DNA from: Escherichia phage F13
Sequence record: OP745617
Strand: one strand, 5' to 3'
DNA: 64,000 nt
A program made the position numbers and the translations under genes. A model generated the notes under the pieces. That model saw nothing but the letters and a program-made list of their open reading frames with translations. It did no database searches and was not told where the DNA came from. Shown in pieces: positions 8,947 through 17,936 of the stretch (position 1 is its first letter; each line of letters starts with the position of its first letter).

Positions 8947-8974
8947 TTTACTTCTTCGTACACTCGCGTATACT
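8947..8974 (+). promoter_or_regulatory. sigma70-like promoter (-35 TTTACT, 16-bp spacer, -10 TATACT)
   Basis: Diverges from the minus-strand promoter; drives the gene at 9031. Confidence 0.45.
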
Positions 8975-9030
8975 TGTTTATATCGAGACGGGCGATGGCC
9001 CTTCCTTCTACTAGCATCGGGAGCTTTATT

Positions 9031-9333
9031 ATGACTACTTTAATCTCTTCCATCCTTACTTACGACGAAGACCGTTTAACCGTTCGCTCTCTTATCGCCG
9101 CCGTTAACGCCGAACTAGAATCTAGCGCCATTAAGGTCCGCGCGGTTGCCTTCGTCGGTCTTTCCTTCGACGATATCAAGTACGCCGAACGTAGCGCCAT
9201 CCGCTTCGCGAAGACCGACGACGAAGCCGTTACCCTTATCGAGACGGTTACTCCGCGCGGCGAAACGTTAATTATCGTCGAGTATATCGACGTAGAAGGC
9301 GATAAGGCTTATAAATATTTTATCGCAAAATAA
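9031..9333 (+). CDS. small protein (100 aa), probable distant member of the same paralog family
   Basis: ATG with GGGAG RBS; 3' 200 bp of this gene is duplicated in the tandem repeat. Confidence 0.5.
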   Translation: MTTLISSILTYDEDRLTVRSLIAAVNAELESSAIKVRAVAFVGLSFDDIKYAERSAIRFAKTDDEAVTLIETVTPRGETLIIVEYIDVEGDKAYKYFIAK

Positions 9334-9744
9334 CGAAAAAGTGCTTTACTTCTTAGTACACTAAGACTATAATGTTTTATATCGAGAGGGGATGAGGTAG
9401 CGAATAGGTCGCTACCCTCCCGACTAACTAGGAGAATATTACGCGCGGTTGCCTTCGTCGGTCTTTCCTTCGACGATATCAAGTACGCCGAACGTAGCGC
9501 CATCCGCTTCGCGAAGACCGACGACGAAGCCGTTACCCTTATCGAGACGGTTACTCCGCGCGGCGAAACGTTAATTATCGTCGAGTATATCGACGTAGAA
9601 GGCGATAAGGCTTATAAATATTTTATCGCAAAATAACGAAAAAGTGCTTTACTTCTTAGTACACTAAGACTATAATGTTTTATATCGAGAGGGGATGAGG
9701 TAGCGAATAGGTCGCTACCCTCCCGACTAACTAGGAGAATATTA
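9139..9744. repeat. tandem direct duplication, 2 x 303 bp (9139-9441 and 9442-9744)
   Basis: Near-identical units read directly; each carries the gene 3' end, promoter (TTTACT-17-TATAAT at 9345-9373 and 9648-9676), leader hairpin and RBS. Confidence 0.85.
9442..9639 (+). pseudogene. promoter-less 3' fragment of gene 9031..9333 created by the tandem duplication
   Basis: Copy of the C-terminal coding part; at the junction the RBS is followed by ACG rather than ATG. Confidence 0.5.
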
Positions 9745-10034
9745 TGATCACTTTATCCGCTATCCGTGCCGCTCGCGTCGAAACTTCCGAAAACTCTAAC
9801 GTATTTGGCGAAACCTTAGAGAGCGTTTATCTCTCTAACGTTGACGCGATTATCGAGTCTATTTATGAGCCGATCAACTTCCTCGACCTTTACAAGTATC
9901 GCGATGAGGACATCGTGTCCTACCGCGTAACGATTAACGGCTTCGTTTATACGATTACCGAAATCGGCGGCGAATATCTCGCTGTACCGCAACTCGGCGG
10001 CGAAGTAACTTACTTTAAAATCGTAAGCCTTTAA
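9744..10034 (+). CDS. small protein (96 aa), paralog of 8522..8806
   Basis: AGGAG RBS; clear alignment to the 8522..8806 product. Confidence 0.55.
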   Translation: MITLSAIRAARVETSENSNVFGETLESVYLSNVDAIIESIYEPINFLDLYKYRDEDIVSYRVTINGFVYTITEIGGEYLAVPQLGGEVTYFKIVSL

Positions 10035-10045
10035 GGAGAAGAAAA

Positions 10046-10255
10046 ATGATTAATATGAATAACTCTCTTAACGCGCGCGCCCATCGCACCGCCGTCATCG
10101 ATATGTTCCGTGAGCTTAAGGACTTATGCGATAATATGAACGCGATGTTATCCATCGGCGGCTGGGGATACGAAGAAGAAGTTAAATATGCGGTTATGCG
10201 TCGCCGTCGCGATAACGTCCTTGGGCAAATTAAACGCGCCGGATTATTCCTTTAA
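10046..10255 (+). CDS. hypothetical small basic protein (69 aa)
   Basis: ORF with AAGGAG RBS; RRRRD motif. Confidence 0.4.
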   Translation: MINMNNSLNARAHRTAVIDMFRELKDLCDNMNAMLSIGGWGYEEEVKYAVMRRRRDNVLGQIKRAGLFL

Positions 10256-10281
10256 TTATAATCAACCACCGTTACTAATAG

Positions 10282-10306
10282 GCCGCGCTTAGTCGCGGCT
10301 TTTCTT
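10282..10306 (+). terminator. Rho-independent terminator
   Basis: GCCGCG-cttagt-CGCGGC stem-loop followed by TTTTCTT. Confidence 0.6.
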
Positions 10307-10419
10307 CGTCCCTATCTCGGTGCGCTCCTACGCGAAAACTCCTTTATCCTTCCCTTCGTCGTCGCATAATCTTCGTCGATATGCGCCTTAGTTCGCATAA
10401 CAGGTATTACGTTAAATGG

Positions 10420-10960
10420 AGAACATCGCGTAAGTCCTTGTTTTATATAGACACCTATATCGGACCGTTAGGGCGGGTCGCGTAAGTCGTTGTTTTATAA
10501 AGGCGCAAAACTTTCCCTTCGTTCCGAACTAAAACGAGGAATATGCCGACCCTTCGTCCGAAAATAGTACGCATGCGAAATTACATGCATCTAGAATAAT
10601 CCCCACAGATATTATCCTACACGCAATCATTCGCTTTCGAATCATTATGCTTCATATTATTATGCGTCGAATCATTCGCTTTCGAATTGTAACGCTGGAA
10701 ACTGTAACGGCGATTGATTATTGCGTTCGTGTGGTTTTTATGGCATGGGTCTTTTGGTGCGTTTTGCTACTTGATGGAATTTGCGGTACACTAATCAAAA
10801 TACGACACATTTAGTCTACTAACTTTTCAAAGAAAAAGTCCTGGACAGTACCGTACTATTTTGTACCCACAGGAAATTTGCAGTACACTCCTGCGCGCGG
10901 CAGGCAAAATAAAGGGCCGCACCAAGCGACCCACGATTCACGATTCACGGTTAAAGCAAC
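10420..10960. repeat. noncoding region with several short direct repeats
   Basis: cgcgtaagtc(c/g)ttgttttata x2 (10425-10500), aatcattcgctttcgaat x2 (10628-10700), ggaa(a)tttgc(g/a)gtacact x2 (10774, 10872), cacgattcacgattcacgg (10934). Confidence 0.6.
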
Positions 10961-10969
10961 ATCCACCCA

Positions 10970-11416
10970 CTATTCACTCTTATGGGCATCACCAAATCCA
11001 TCAGCAATCTGGCTGATCAACGACTCAATGGACACAGTTTTACCAATTGATCGAGCGGTTATGGCGAGCATATTATCAATCAAACCATGATTGACACAAT
11101 ACTCTGGAGATTTAGAATCATCTTCAGAACAACCAAAAAGCTGGTCGCGCAGACTTTCAAGAGAACGCTCAATATTTTCCAACTTCTCTTCTAAATCGGA
11201 TTGGCGACGTAAAACCCATGTTAAGTCTCGGTTGCCGACTTCCAACCCATCAGAATAGCAAGGTGGAGCGTCAATTTTGATGCTGGAACCAAAAGCAGTG
11301 CCGCTGCCTTTAGTATAAGTATGGCTCATAGAATCATTTTTATTTGACATATCATTACCTTTAATATTTGGGTGATTAACAATAACTATAATAAAGCCGC
11401 ATAGCGCGGCATTCAA
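10970..11416 (-). CDS. hypothetical protein (148 aa)
   Basis: ORF; coiled-coil-like central region. Confidence 0.4.
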   Translation of the reverse strand: MNAALCGFIIVIVNHPNIKGNDMSNKNDSMSHTYTKGSGTAFGSSIKIDAPPCYSDGLEVGNRDLTWVLRRQSDLEEKLENIERSLESLRDQLFGCSEDDSKSPEYCVNHGLIDNMLAITARSIGKTVSIESLISQIADGFGDAHKSE

Positions 11417-11447
11417 ATCGATTTATTAATTGTGACGATTGGATTCA

Positions 11448-11642
11448 TCAATCGATACCAACTGAGCCGATGTGCTGAAAGAACTCTGAATAAACTTCCT
11501 TCCAGTACTTACGCGCTGCTTTCTGGGCTTGTCCTTTGCGCTTGAAGCTTTTGCCTTGAAAGATGAAACGGTCGCTTGTCGCGCGATACTCCACCACACC
11601 TTCCAGCCATTGTAAGAATGCTACTGATTCATTTTTATTCAT
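11448..11642 (-). CDS. hypothetical protein (64 aa)
   Basis: ORF. Confidence 0.35.
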   Translation of the reverse strand: MNKNESVAFLQWLEGVVEYRATSDRFIFQGKSFKRKGQAQKAARKYWKEVYSEFFQHIGSVGID

Positions 11643-11649
11643 TTCAACC

Positions 11650-12117
11650 TCAATATTTTAATAAGAAAGCACCCAACCAACTTTCCTCAACCTCGCGGCC
11701 AGTAGCCACACGGTCGGTCTTGGCTATGGGTCTGGATTCGCCGCAGGGCAACCCGTCTTGTAGTTGTGTACTATTGCCAATTCTCACCAGAACCTTTCCA
11801 TCAGGGTCGATATAAGCGCGACAACCCATGATTTCGAGTCGTTGTAGACACTGGCGAATCGTTTTCAGCTTCTCACCGGACCGGATAGAGCGCGGTCGCG
11901 ACCGCTGACCGTTCTTATTTACTGTACGCTTGAAGACCGGAATATCATTGGTGCGTTGCGGCTTGGGTCGGTAGTAGGCTTCTTCGCCAGGAGTCGCACC
12001 TGGCGTCAATTCGCGCTTGAGCGCCTTTTCAATATCAATGATCATAATTATGCCGCAGCAGCGTGAATTATTGCGTAAACAATTCCTAACAGGGCGACAA
12101 CGCAAACAGTGCCCCAA
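11650..12117 (-). CDS. hypothetical basic protein (155 aa)
   Basis: ORF; Arg/Lys-rich with several Cys; function not recognised. Confidence 0.4.
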   Translation of the reverse strand: MGHCLRCRPVRNCLRNNSRCCGIIMIIDIEKALKRELTPGATPGEEAYYRPKPQRTNDIPVFKRTVNKNGQRSRPRSIRSGEKLKTIRQCLQRLEIMGCRAYIDPDGKVLVRIGNSTQLQDGLPCGESRPIAKTDRVATGREVEESWLGAFLLKY

Positions 12118-12138
12118 AATGCAAAGCGTCGTGCCTCT

Positions 12139-12438
12139 TTATCCATTGTCCACCGCCCCAATATCCATGAAATTAAAAACCAATTTCGCCATTTCATCTT
12201 GTGAAATGACATTATAGTGCTTAGGCAAATCGCTTTCTGATAATACCTTCTGGGCTTCTTCTTTTGTCTCAAAGAGAGGGATGCACCAGTTTACTGCTTC
12301 ACCAGATTCATTACTGTCTACTTGCTTTAAAAAGACCAAGCGGTTATCTTCAGGATCAATGCCGCAGATGACGTATTTTGGCAATGCTTTTGCTTTTTGA
12401 GTCTTATCAATATCTTCAAATTTCATAATACACCTCAC
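12139..12438 (-). CDS. hypothetical protein (99 aa)
   Basis: ORF. Confidence 0.4.
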   Translation of the reverse strand: MRCIMKFEDIDKTQKAKALPKYVICGIDPEDNRLVFLKQVDSNESGEAVNWCIPLFETKEEAQKVLSESDLPKHYNVISQDEMAKLVFNFMDIGAVDNG

Positions 12439-12507
12439 TTGTTAACGTATAATGAGTATAACTTAATAGCGCATAAAGTAAAGGCGCTTTTCAGCGCCTT
12501 GAGTGAA

Positions 12508-14817
12508 TTATTTTGCTGATTTCAGCGCGGCTATCTCTGCCTTGAGTTCACCTATCTGATCCATGAGTGCAAGAATAGCCTCGTGGTGCAATGCCGCTGC
12601 CACTCCGTAAGTGTCGACTGATTTGACATCCTTGACCACGGTCCCATCAGCCAGTTCCATATCACCTGAAACAGAAACGGCTTCTGGGAAATCAACCTCA
12701 ACATCTTGAGCCACGAATCCAAAACCTACTTTCGCGCCGTCAGTTTTCAATCGCCATGACACGCCATTAATCCTTTTCATCTTGGTCAATGGGTCTTGAA
12801 TCTTGACAATCTCATCCTTGATTCTGACGTCTGAAGAAGTACCCCAACCGCCAGCGCAAACAGCATTACCTGCTTGCAGGAATTGGAAATACTTGTTGGT
12901 GCCTACACCGCCAGCAGTAGTGGTCATTATGGTCACATCGCCATTACGCTCAGAATATACCCGACCATACGTTGCTGTGTTGGCACTGTTCTTAAAATCG
13001 ATGAACGATTGGTTGTTGGTGTTTCCAATGAACGTCGCTTGACCGCCGCGAGTTATCAACTGGCCTTTTGCATCAACGTTCCCAGAGCTGGTGATCAAGT
13101 TATTTGGCACAAGCAAGTTGCCGTTGTCGACAAAATCGAATGCCTGGCTGGCGGCAGTCGTCAAATTGGTAACGGTCAATCGCATGTAATAAGCGCCACC
13201 GATAACAGCGCGAATGCGCATGCGACCTTCAGCCTCAACAGCAGTCCCCACTCGATACTCCGACATGACGCTGCCGCCGTCAGCGGTCGTGCCTGGACCT
13301 GGCATTGCCGTATCGCCGTTTATAACAGACCATTGCGTATTCGCCGCTGTGAATCCACCGGATGCACGAATCACCCAAACGCCTGAAAAGTTGCGCGGCA
13401 ATACTTCATCTGTTGCAAGGTTGTTACGACCGTAAGCTGGGCTTGAGTTAGAAGCTCTTAGCGCAACGCTTCCCAAAGAGTTCGCACCAGAACTTAAAAG
13501 CGAAACACCTCTTACATATCGCGGAATGGTGAATCCTTCTCCATTGATGAATGCGCCGCCAGCACCTGCGACAACCGTTCCTGATGCTGGTTCACTTGCA
13601 GGGCCGGACCCGTGGAAGTTGATGTTGCCAGTGATGTTTGGCAGGAAGGATTCCATTATCATTCCGTCATTTGACGAGTTGCCGCCATCGCCACGGGCAA
13701 AAAGTGCACGAACACTTCCTGTCTGAACGCCGTTACGGTCTGGAACACGGAATGTTGTTGTTCCGTTGCCTAAAGAATACTTTCCGCGCTTCAGCGGGTC
13801 AGCCAACCAATCTGCATCAGCAATAGGCGTAAGCATTTGCGCATAAGCCCAAAGCTCAGGCCAGTCTGCACGGTTAAGCAATTGTCCGTCGGCAACAACT
13901 TCATACGACTGAATATAGGCGCGACTGTCGCGCAGGTGAAAGTCACCAACGCCATAGTTCATTACGCCGTTCATGCTTGGGCCAACGGTGCCAGTATTTA
14001 CTAAGTTCTCAACCCAACGCTTCGTCGCGGCATCATAATCATTGACGGGGTCGCCAGCCAGTGGTGTTGAGCCTTGTGGACGAATATTCAACCATGCTTG
14101 CGCATTGTCTGCTGATCCTGTGCCGCCCATGGAAGTTGGAACGATGCTCTGATCAGCAACAGGGCCAAATCCAAAGGCATCTTTCATTCCCTGAATAGTC
14201 GTTTGACCTGTGCCGCCGTTTGCAATTGGAATTGTGCTTTGTGAACTATAAATTTGCGCCCAAGGCGACCATGAAGATGTTTCAGCATTGTACCTTCTTT
14301 GGTACAAGTTATTTGAGTTGAATGTGGTGTATCTTTGAATGCAACTTTCCAAAGATATGGCAGTCTGCAGGACTTCCAATATCCCAGCTTCCAAGGCTAC
14401 TGGATAGTTGAGGGATGTCTGCGCAGCAGCATTTGAATATTGGTAATATTGCCCAAACCAAGTTCCAGTCAAAGAGTTCAGATTTATCCCCGACGGCAAA
14501 AGTCCAAAATTCCTGACAGTATTGGTCAAAGATGCGGCAGTTGTTCGAATGGAAAGCATGTCGCCTGCCGCCCATGCGCGCGCTGCAGTTCCTTCCTGTG
14601 CACGCTGCACAGTCAGGACGTTCCCAACCACGGCTGTTACAGTGATGATTTCAAATTGGAGGCCTGTTGCAGCGTCGACGATTGTCGCCACTACACGCTC
14701 GTTTGCACCCAAGGTCGGAAAGCCCGACCCTGAGCGGATTGTGATTGTGGTGTCTGAAGTCGTCGCTGGCTGAGCGAGCGCGACCTCAAAGTTGTTTTTG
14801 AATATTAGCCTTGGCAT
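12508..14817 (-). CDS. tail fiber or tailspike with C-terminal intramolecular chaperone (peptidase S74-like) domain
   Basis: 769 aa; C-terminus SSDVRIKDEI...GVSWRLK...GFVAQDV...LKAEIAALK is typical of the self-cleaving chaperone domain of fibers and endosialidases. Confidence 0.8.
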   Translation of the reverse strand: MPRLIFKNNFEVALAQPATTSDTTITIRSGSGFPTLGANERVVATIVDAATGLQFEIITVTAVVGNVLTVQRAQEGTAARAWAAGDMLSIRTTAASLTNTVRNFGLLPSGINLNSLTGTWFGQYYQYSNAAAQTSLNYPVALEAGILEVLQTAISLESCIQRYTTFNSNNLYQRRYNAETSSWSPWAQIYSSQSTIPIANGGTGQTTIQGMKDAFGFGPVADQSIVPTSMGGTGSADNAQAWLNIRPQGSTPLAGDPVNDYDAATKRWVENLVNTGTVGPSMNGVMNYGVGDFHLRDSRAYIQSYEVVADGQLLNRADWPELWAYAQMLTPIADADWLADPLKRGKYSLGNGTTTFRVPDRNGVQTGSVRALFARGDGGNSSNDGMIMESFLPNITGNINFHGSGPASEPASGTVVAGAGGAFINGEGFTIPRYVRGVSLLSSGANSLGSVALRASNSSPAYGRNNLATDEVLPRNFSGVWVIRASGGFTAANTQWSVINGDTAMPGPGTTADGGSVMSEYRVGTAVEAEGRMRIRAVIGGAYYMRLTVTNLTTAASQAFDFVDNGNLLVPNNLITSSGNVDAKGQLITRGGQATFIGNTNNQSFIDFKNSANTATYGRVYSERNGDVTIMTTTAGGVGTNKYFQFLQAGNAVCAGGWGTSSDVRIKDEIVKIQDPLTKMKRINGVSWRLKTDGAKVGFGFVAQDVEVDFPEAVSVSGDMELADGTVVKDVKSVDTYGVAAALHHEAILALMDQIGELKAEIAALKSAK

Positions 14818-14855
14818 TTTACGGTCCTCGTTTTGTCGACAACCGTATTATAACC

Positions 14856-15197
14856 TTAATTTCTTTTGAGAGGAATATGACGGTGGCTGCCATTATTTGG
14901 TTTAATAATGAGCATAAAAACGATTAGAAAGATGATGGCTGATATACTTAATTCAATCAGCGCGGCTTGAGATATAGATTGATCTTCGTGATACTGCTTT
15001 TGCATTTCTGCTTTCTTCTGAGCGCAAACTTCAGGTGATATGTAATCGCCTTTTGAGTTGCCATAATAAATTTCGCCGTTTTCAGAAATCAGTCTGCCGC
15101 AAATATCCGTTTCAGCCTTTGCACTTGACATCATAATAACGGTGCCGATAATAGCGGCGATAGTCCAGATTAACAGTTGTGATAAAGTGTTGTTCAT
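14856..15197 (-). CDS. membrane protein with N-terminal signal peptide and C-terminal TM anchor (113 aa)
   Basis: Start at internal ATG with AAAGAGG RBS; signal-like MNNTLSQLLIWTIAAIIGTVIMMSSAKA and C-terminal hydrophobic segment. Confidence 0.5.
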   Translation of the reverse strand: MNNTLSQLLIWTIAAIIGTVIMMSSAKAETDICGRLISENGEIYYGNSKGDYISPEVCAQKKAEMQKQYHEDQSISQAALIELSISAIIFLIVFMLIIKPNNGSHRHIPLKRN

Positions 15198-15393
15198 GAT
15201 AACCTCTTTAAATTCCCTTCCCATATCGGGAAGGGTGATAATTATTTTACGCGAAAGAATAGGCGCGTGCCACACAGCGAGTCCCAACGGCCTTCACCAT
15301 CCCATACCGACCCAACGCCAGCGGTGATGACACCAGCAGAATTGGCGGCATTGGCCCAGGCGAGTCGTTTCAGCTTCCAACTACACCAACGAT

Positions 15394-15645
15394 TCACAGT
15401 TCATCTCCAGATTGCAGAACAAGTCCCGCATAGAGGATTGCCAAGGCCAAAGGTGCACCACCACCAGCCTCTCTATTCTCTTTGATTTGAAGAGTATCCT
15501 TAAGGAATTGCAGCTGAACGTTGAATTCACTTTCAATTCCAAGCACTCTAGCCAATTCTTTTACAGAATCTGCATATGCCTTGTCTAGCACTTCTTTTGG
15601 TACTGTTAAGGTTAATTCATTTGCCATTTTCTTTCCACTCCACAA
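15394..15645 (-). CDS. hypothetical protein (83 aa)
   Basis: ORF. Confidence 0.4.
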   Translation of the reverse strand: MWSGKKMANELTLTVPKEVLDKAYADSVKELARVLGIESEFNVQLQFLKDTLQIKENREAGGGAPLALAILYAGLVLQSGDEL

Positions 15646-15838
15646 ATGTGTTGCCGCTTGTTTCTCTGTTTAGCAGGTATCTGCCGCGCATCCCATGAAG
15701 GCTGAACTCAACCGTCGATGGATTAGATTTTGAAAGCCATATAGGCTGCCCGTCGAATGGACCGCCTACGCATGTATATTTCGCTTTTGGCTCACTCCTT
15801 TTGGGCCGTTTTGCCCGCTCTTTGATTGATAGTCTCAT
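15617..15838 (-). CDS. hypothetical basic protein (73 aa)
   Basis: ORF. Confidence 0.35.
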   Translation of the reverse strand: MRLSIKERAKRPKRSEPKAKYTCVGGPFDGQPIWLSKSNPSTVEFSLHGMRGRYLLNRETSGNTFVEWKENGK

Positions 15839-16053
15839 CAGTCTTCACCTTGAGATTCCAGACAAGTAAGGACAAGCCAAGTCATCGGAAGAATCAAAAC
15901 CAGAGAAATGAGGGACCAGATAGACCAGCACAGGATGACAGACTTGAATGTGTGAACGTCGCCAAACGCAGCAGTAAAACAGAATCCCATTACAAATGCA
16001 ATAGCGGTGGAATGGTTGTCTATGGCTTTGATGGCACGGTCGATGAGTTTCAT
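15838..16053 (-). CDS. small two-TM membrane protein (71 aa), holin-like
   Basis: Two hydrophobic segments and charged C-terminus; assignment from topology only. Confidence 0.4.
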   Translation of the reverse strand: MKLIDRAIKAIDNHSTAIAFVMGFCFTAAFGDVHTFKSVILCWSIWSLISLVLILPMTWLVLTCLESQGED

Positions 16054-16125
16054 ATTACCTCCGGTTTTGAGTTAATATGATTATAACGCAGAGTCTCAGA
16101 AAGGCAAACTTTTTGTGAATTTTAA

Positions 16126-16156
16126 TCAAAAAAAATGGCCAGAAAAAAATCTGGCC
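16126..16156 (-). terminator. stem-loop GGCCAGA-loop-TCTGGCC with T-tract on minus strand
   Basis: Inverted repeat read directly, at the junction of divergent modules; role uncertain. Confidence 0.3.
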
Positions 16157-16232
16157 GAAAGATCACCCTTTATCCACTACTAAGCTGGAATCATAATTTT
16201 ACTTGATATAGCTTGTACAAGCAAACTATAAT

Positions 16233-17693
16233 ATGAATAAAATATTAACACATAATTGGAAATTCATGTACCAGTTGAATCCTGCTTTAAAAGAAGTCTG
16301 GAAGACAAAAGCGCGATACAAAGTAATATACGGCGGTCGTGCATCTTCCAAATCGCACGATGCCGCTGGTTTTGCTATTTATTTGGCGGCAAACTTCAAA
16401 TTAAAATTCCTTTGCGTTCGACAATTCCAGAACAAAATTTCTGAATCTGTATATACTCTATTAAAAGACAAAATAGAGATTTCTGATTTCAAAGATGAGT
16501 TCAATTTATTAAAGAACTCTATTGAACATAAAAGAACTAAATCTGAATTTCTATTTTACGGTATCGCACGTAACGTTGATGAAATTAAATCAACAGAAGG
16601 TGTTGACGTCCTTTGGCTGGAAGAAGCGCACGCGCTTACTGAAGAACAGTGGGACATTATTGAGCCGACAATCCGTAAAGAAGGGTCCGAAATATGGATC
16701 ATCTTTAACCCCGATGAAGAGGCCGATTTTGTCTACCAAAACTTTGTTATGCGACCGCCGAAGAATGCCATTGTTAAAAAGATAAACTGGCAAGACAATC
16801 CATTTTTGTCGCAAACGATGCTGGACGTTATTGCAGGCATGTACGAGCGCGACCCGAAAAAGGCAGAGCACGTTTATGGCGGCGTGCCGAAGACTGGCGG
16901 CGATAAATCTGTAATCAACCGCGCATTCGTTAAGGCCGCGCTTAATCTCCACAAACACCCTACGCTGGGATGGAGTTTGTCAGGGTCTAACCGTATAGGC
17001 TTTGACGTAGCGGACGATGGCGACGACCTTAACGCCACTGCATTCGTTACAGGAAACGTATTGCGCGGCATCAAGACATGGGAAGGTCTGGAAGATGAAT
17101 TGTTAAAATCGGCAAGCGGAGTTTGGAAAGATGCGCTTACATTTGGCGCTTCTATAACTTATGACGCCATCGGTGTCGGCGCTTTTGCTGGTTCAAAATT
17201 TGATGAACTGAACGAGTATGCAATACATGAAAATCCATCATTTCCAAGAATCGAATTTAATGCGTTCAATGCGCAAGGGTCTGTTGATGATCCTGATGAC
17301 GTTTTTCTTGAATTACCACACGTTGAAATACTCAATAAAGACCATTTCGCAAACATAAAAGCGCAAAAGTGGACTGAAATTGCAGAGAGATTCAGAAAGA
17401 CATACGAATATGCAACTGGGCAAGCCGTATATCCGACTGATGAGTTGATTTCAATCGACACCGATGGCATACCAGAACTTGGAATTCCAGCTTGGACTAC
17501 TGAAGAGATTGAGACGTTTCTTTTTGAGATGTCAGCGCCGCGCAAAGATACGTCTGTTCTTGGCAAGTTCAAAGTTGAATCTAAAAAGGATATGGCAAAG
17601 CGTGGAGTCAAATCACCTAACAAAGCGGACGCGGCAATCATGGCATTAATGAAACCAATCGTTGCAGCATCCGGCTTCTTCTCTAACCTTTAA
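16233..17693 (+). CDS. terminase large subunit
   Basis: 486 aa; N-terminal ATPase motif KVIYGGRASSKSHDAAGF; position upstream of portal. Confidence 0.85.
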   Translation: MNKILTHNWKFMYQLNPALKEVWKTKARYKVIYGGRASSKSHDAAGFAIYLAANFKLKFLCVRQFQNKISESVYTLLKDKIEISDFKDEFNLLKNSIEHKRTKSEFLFYGIARNVDEIKSTEGVDVLWLEEAHALTEEQWDIIEPTIRKEGSEIWIIFNPDEEADFVYQNFVMRPPKNAIVKKINWQDNPFLSQTMLDVIAGMYERDPKKAEHVYGGVPKTGGDKSVINRAFVKAALNLHKHPTLGWSLSGSNRIGFDVADDGDDLNATAFVTGNVLRGIKTWEGLEDELLKSASGVWKDALTFGASITYDAIGVGAFAGSKFDELNEYAIHENPSFPRIEFNAFNAQGSVDDPDDVFLELPHVEILNKDHFANIKAQKWTEIAERFRKTYEYATGQAVYPTDELISIDTDGIPELGIPAWTTEEIETFLFEMSAPRKDTSVLGKFKVESKKDMAKRGVKSPNKADAAIMALMKPIVAASGFFSNL

Positions 17694-17696
17694 CAA

Positions 17697-17936
17697 TCAA
17701 AGCATTCCGTGCTGAAGGTCTAGTTTTCTTGCAGCAAATGACCTGGCACGGAATCGCTTACCCGCCCTTACTGCCTGCCGAATCTTCTTTTGCATACACT
17801 TACGGTCAAAATCGTTGCGGTCAACGGCTTCGAGTAAATCCCGACGCAAAGCACCTAGTGTCGCCTTTTCGGATAATTCTACGCCCAGCGCGGCTGCAAC
17901 GTCTTTCAAAACATCGAGTTCGGTTAACGTTCTCAT
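17697..17936 (-). CDS. hypothetical protein (79 aa), possible Rho-N-like domain
   Basis: LTELDVLKDVAAALGVELSEKATLGALRRDLLEAV resembles Rho N-terminal/SAP-like motifs. Confidence 0.35.
   Translation of the reverse strand: MRTLTELDVLKDVAAALGVELSEKATLGALRRDLLEAVDRNDFDRKCMQKKIRQAVRAGKRFRARSFAARKLDLQHGML

Noticed and set aside
9139-9744. Possible CRISPR array from the direct repeats here and the 9-bp repeats at 6320-6690 and 22845-23135
   Set aside because: No repeat-spacer periodicity: the 303-bp units are whole tandem duplicates including coding sequence, and the 9-mers are contiguous iterons without spacers.
12803-14773. Several plus-strand ORFs (79-170 aa) inside the tail fiber gene
   Set aside because: Antisense shadows of a long, well-supported gene; compositionally biased translations.
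16126-16156. Hairpin as a terminator for the plus-strand terminase operon
   Set aside because: On the plus strand the hairpin is not followed by a T-tract; it is listed only as a low-confidence minus-strand terminator at a divergent junction.
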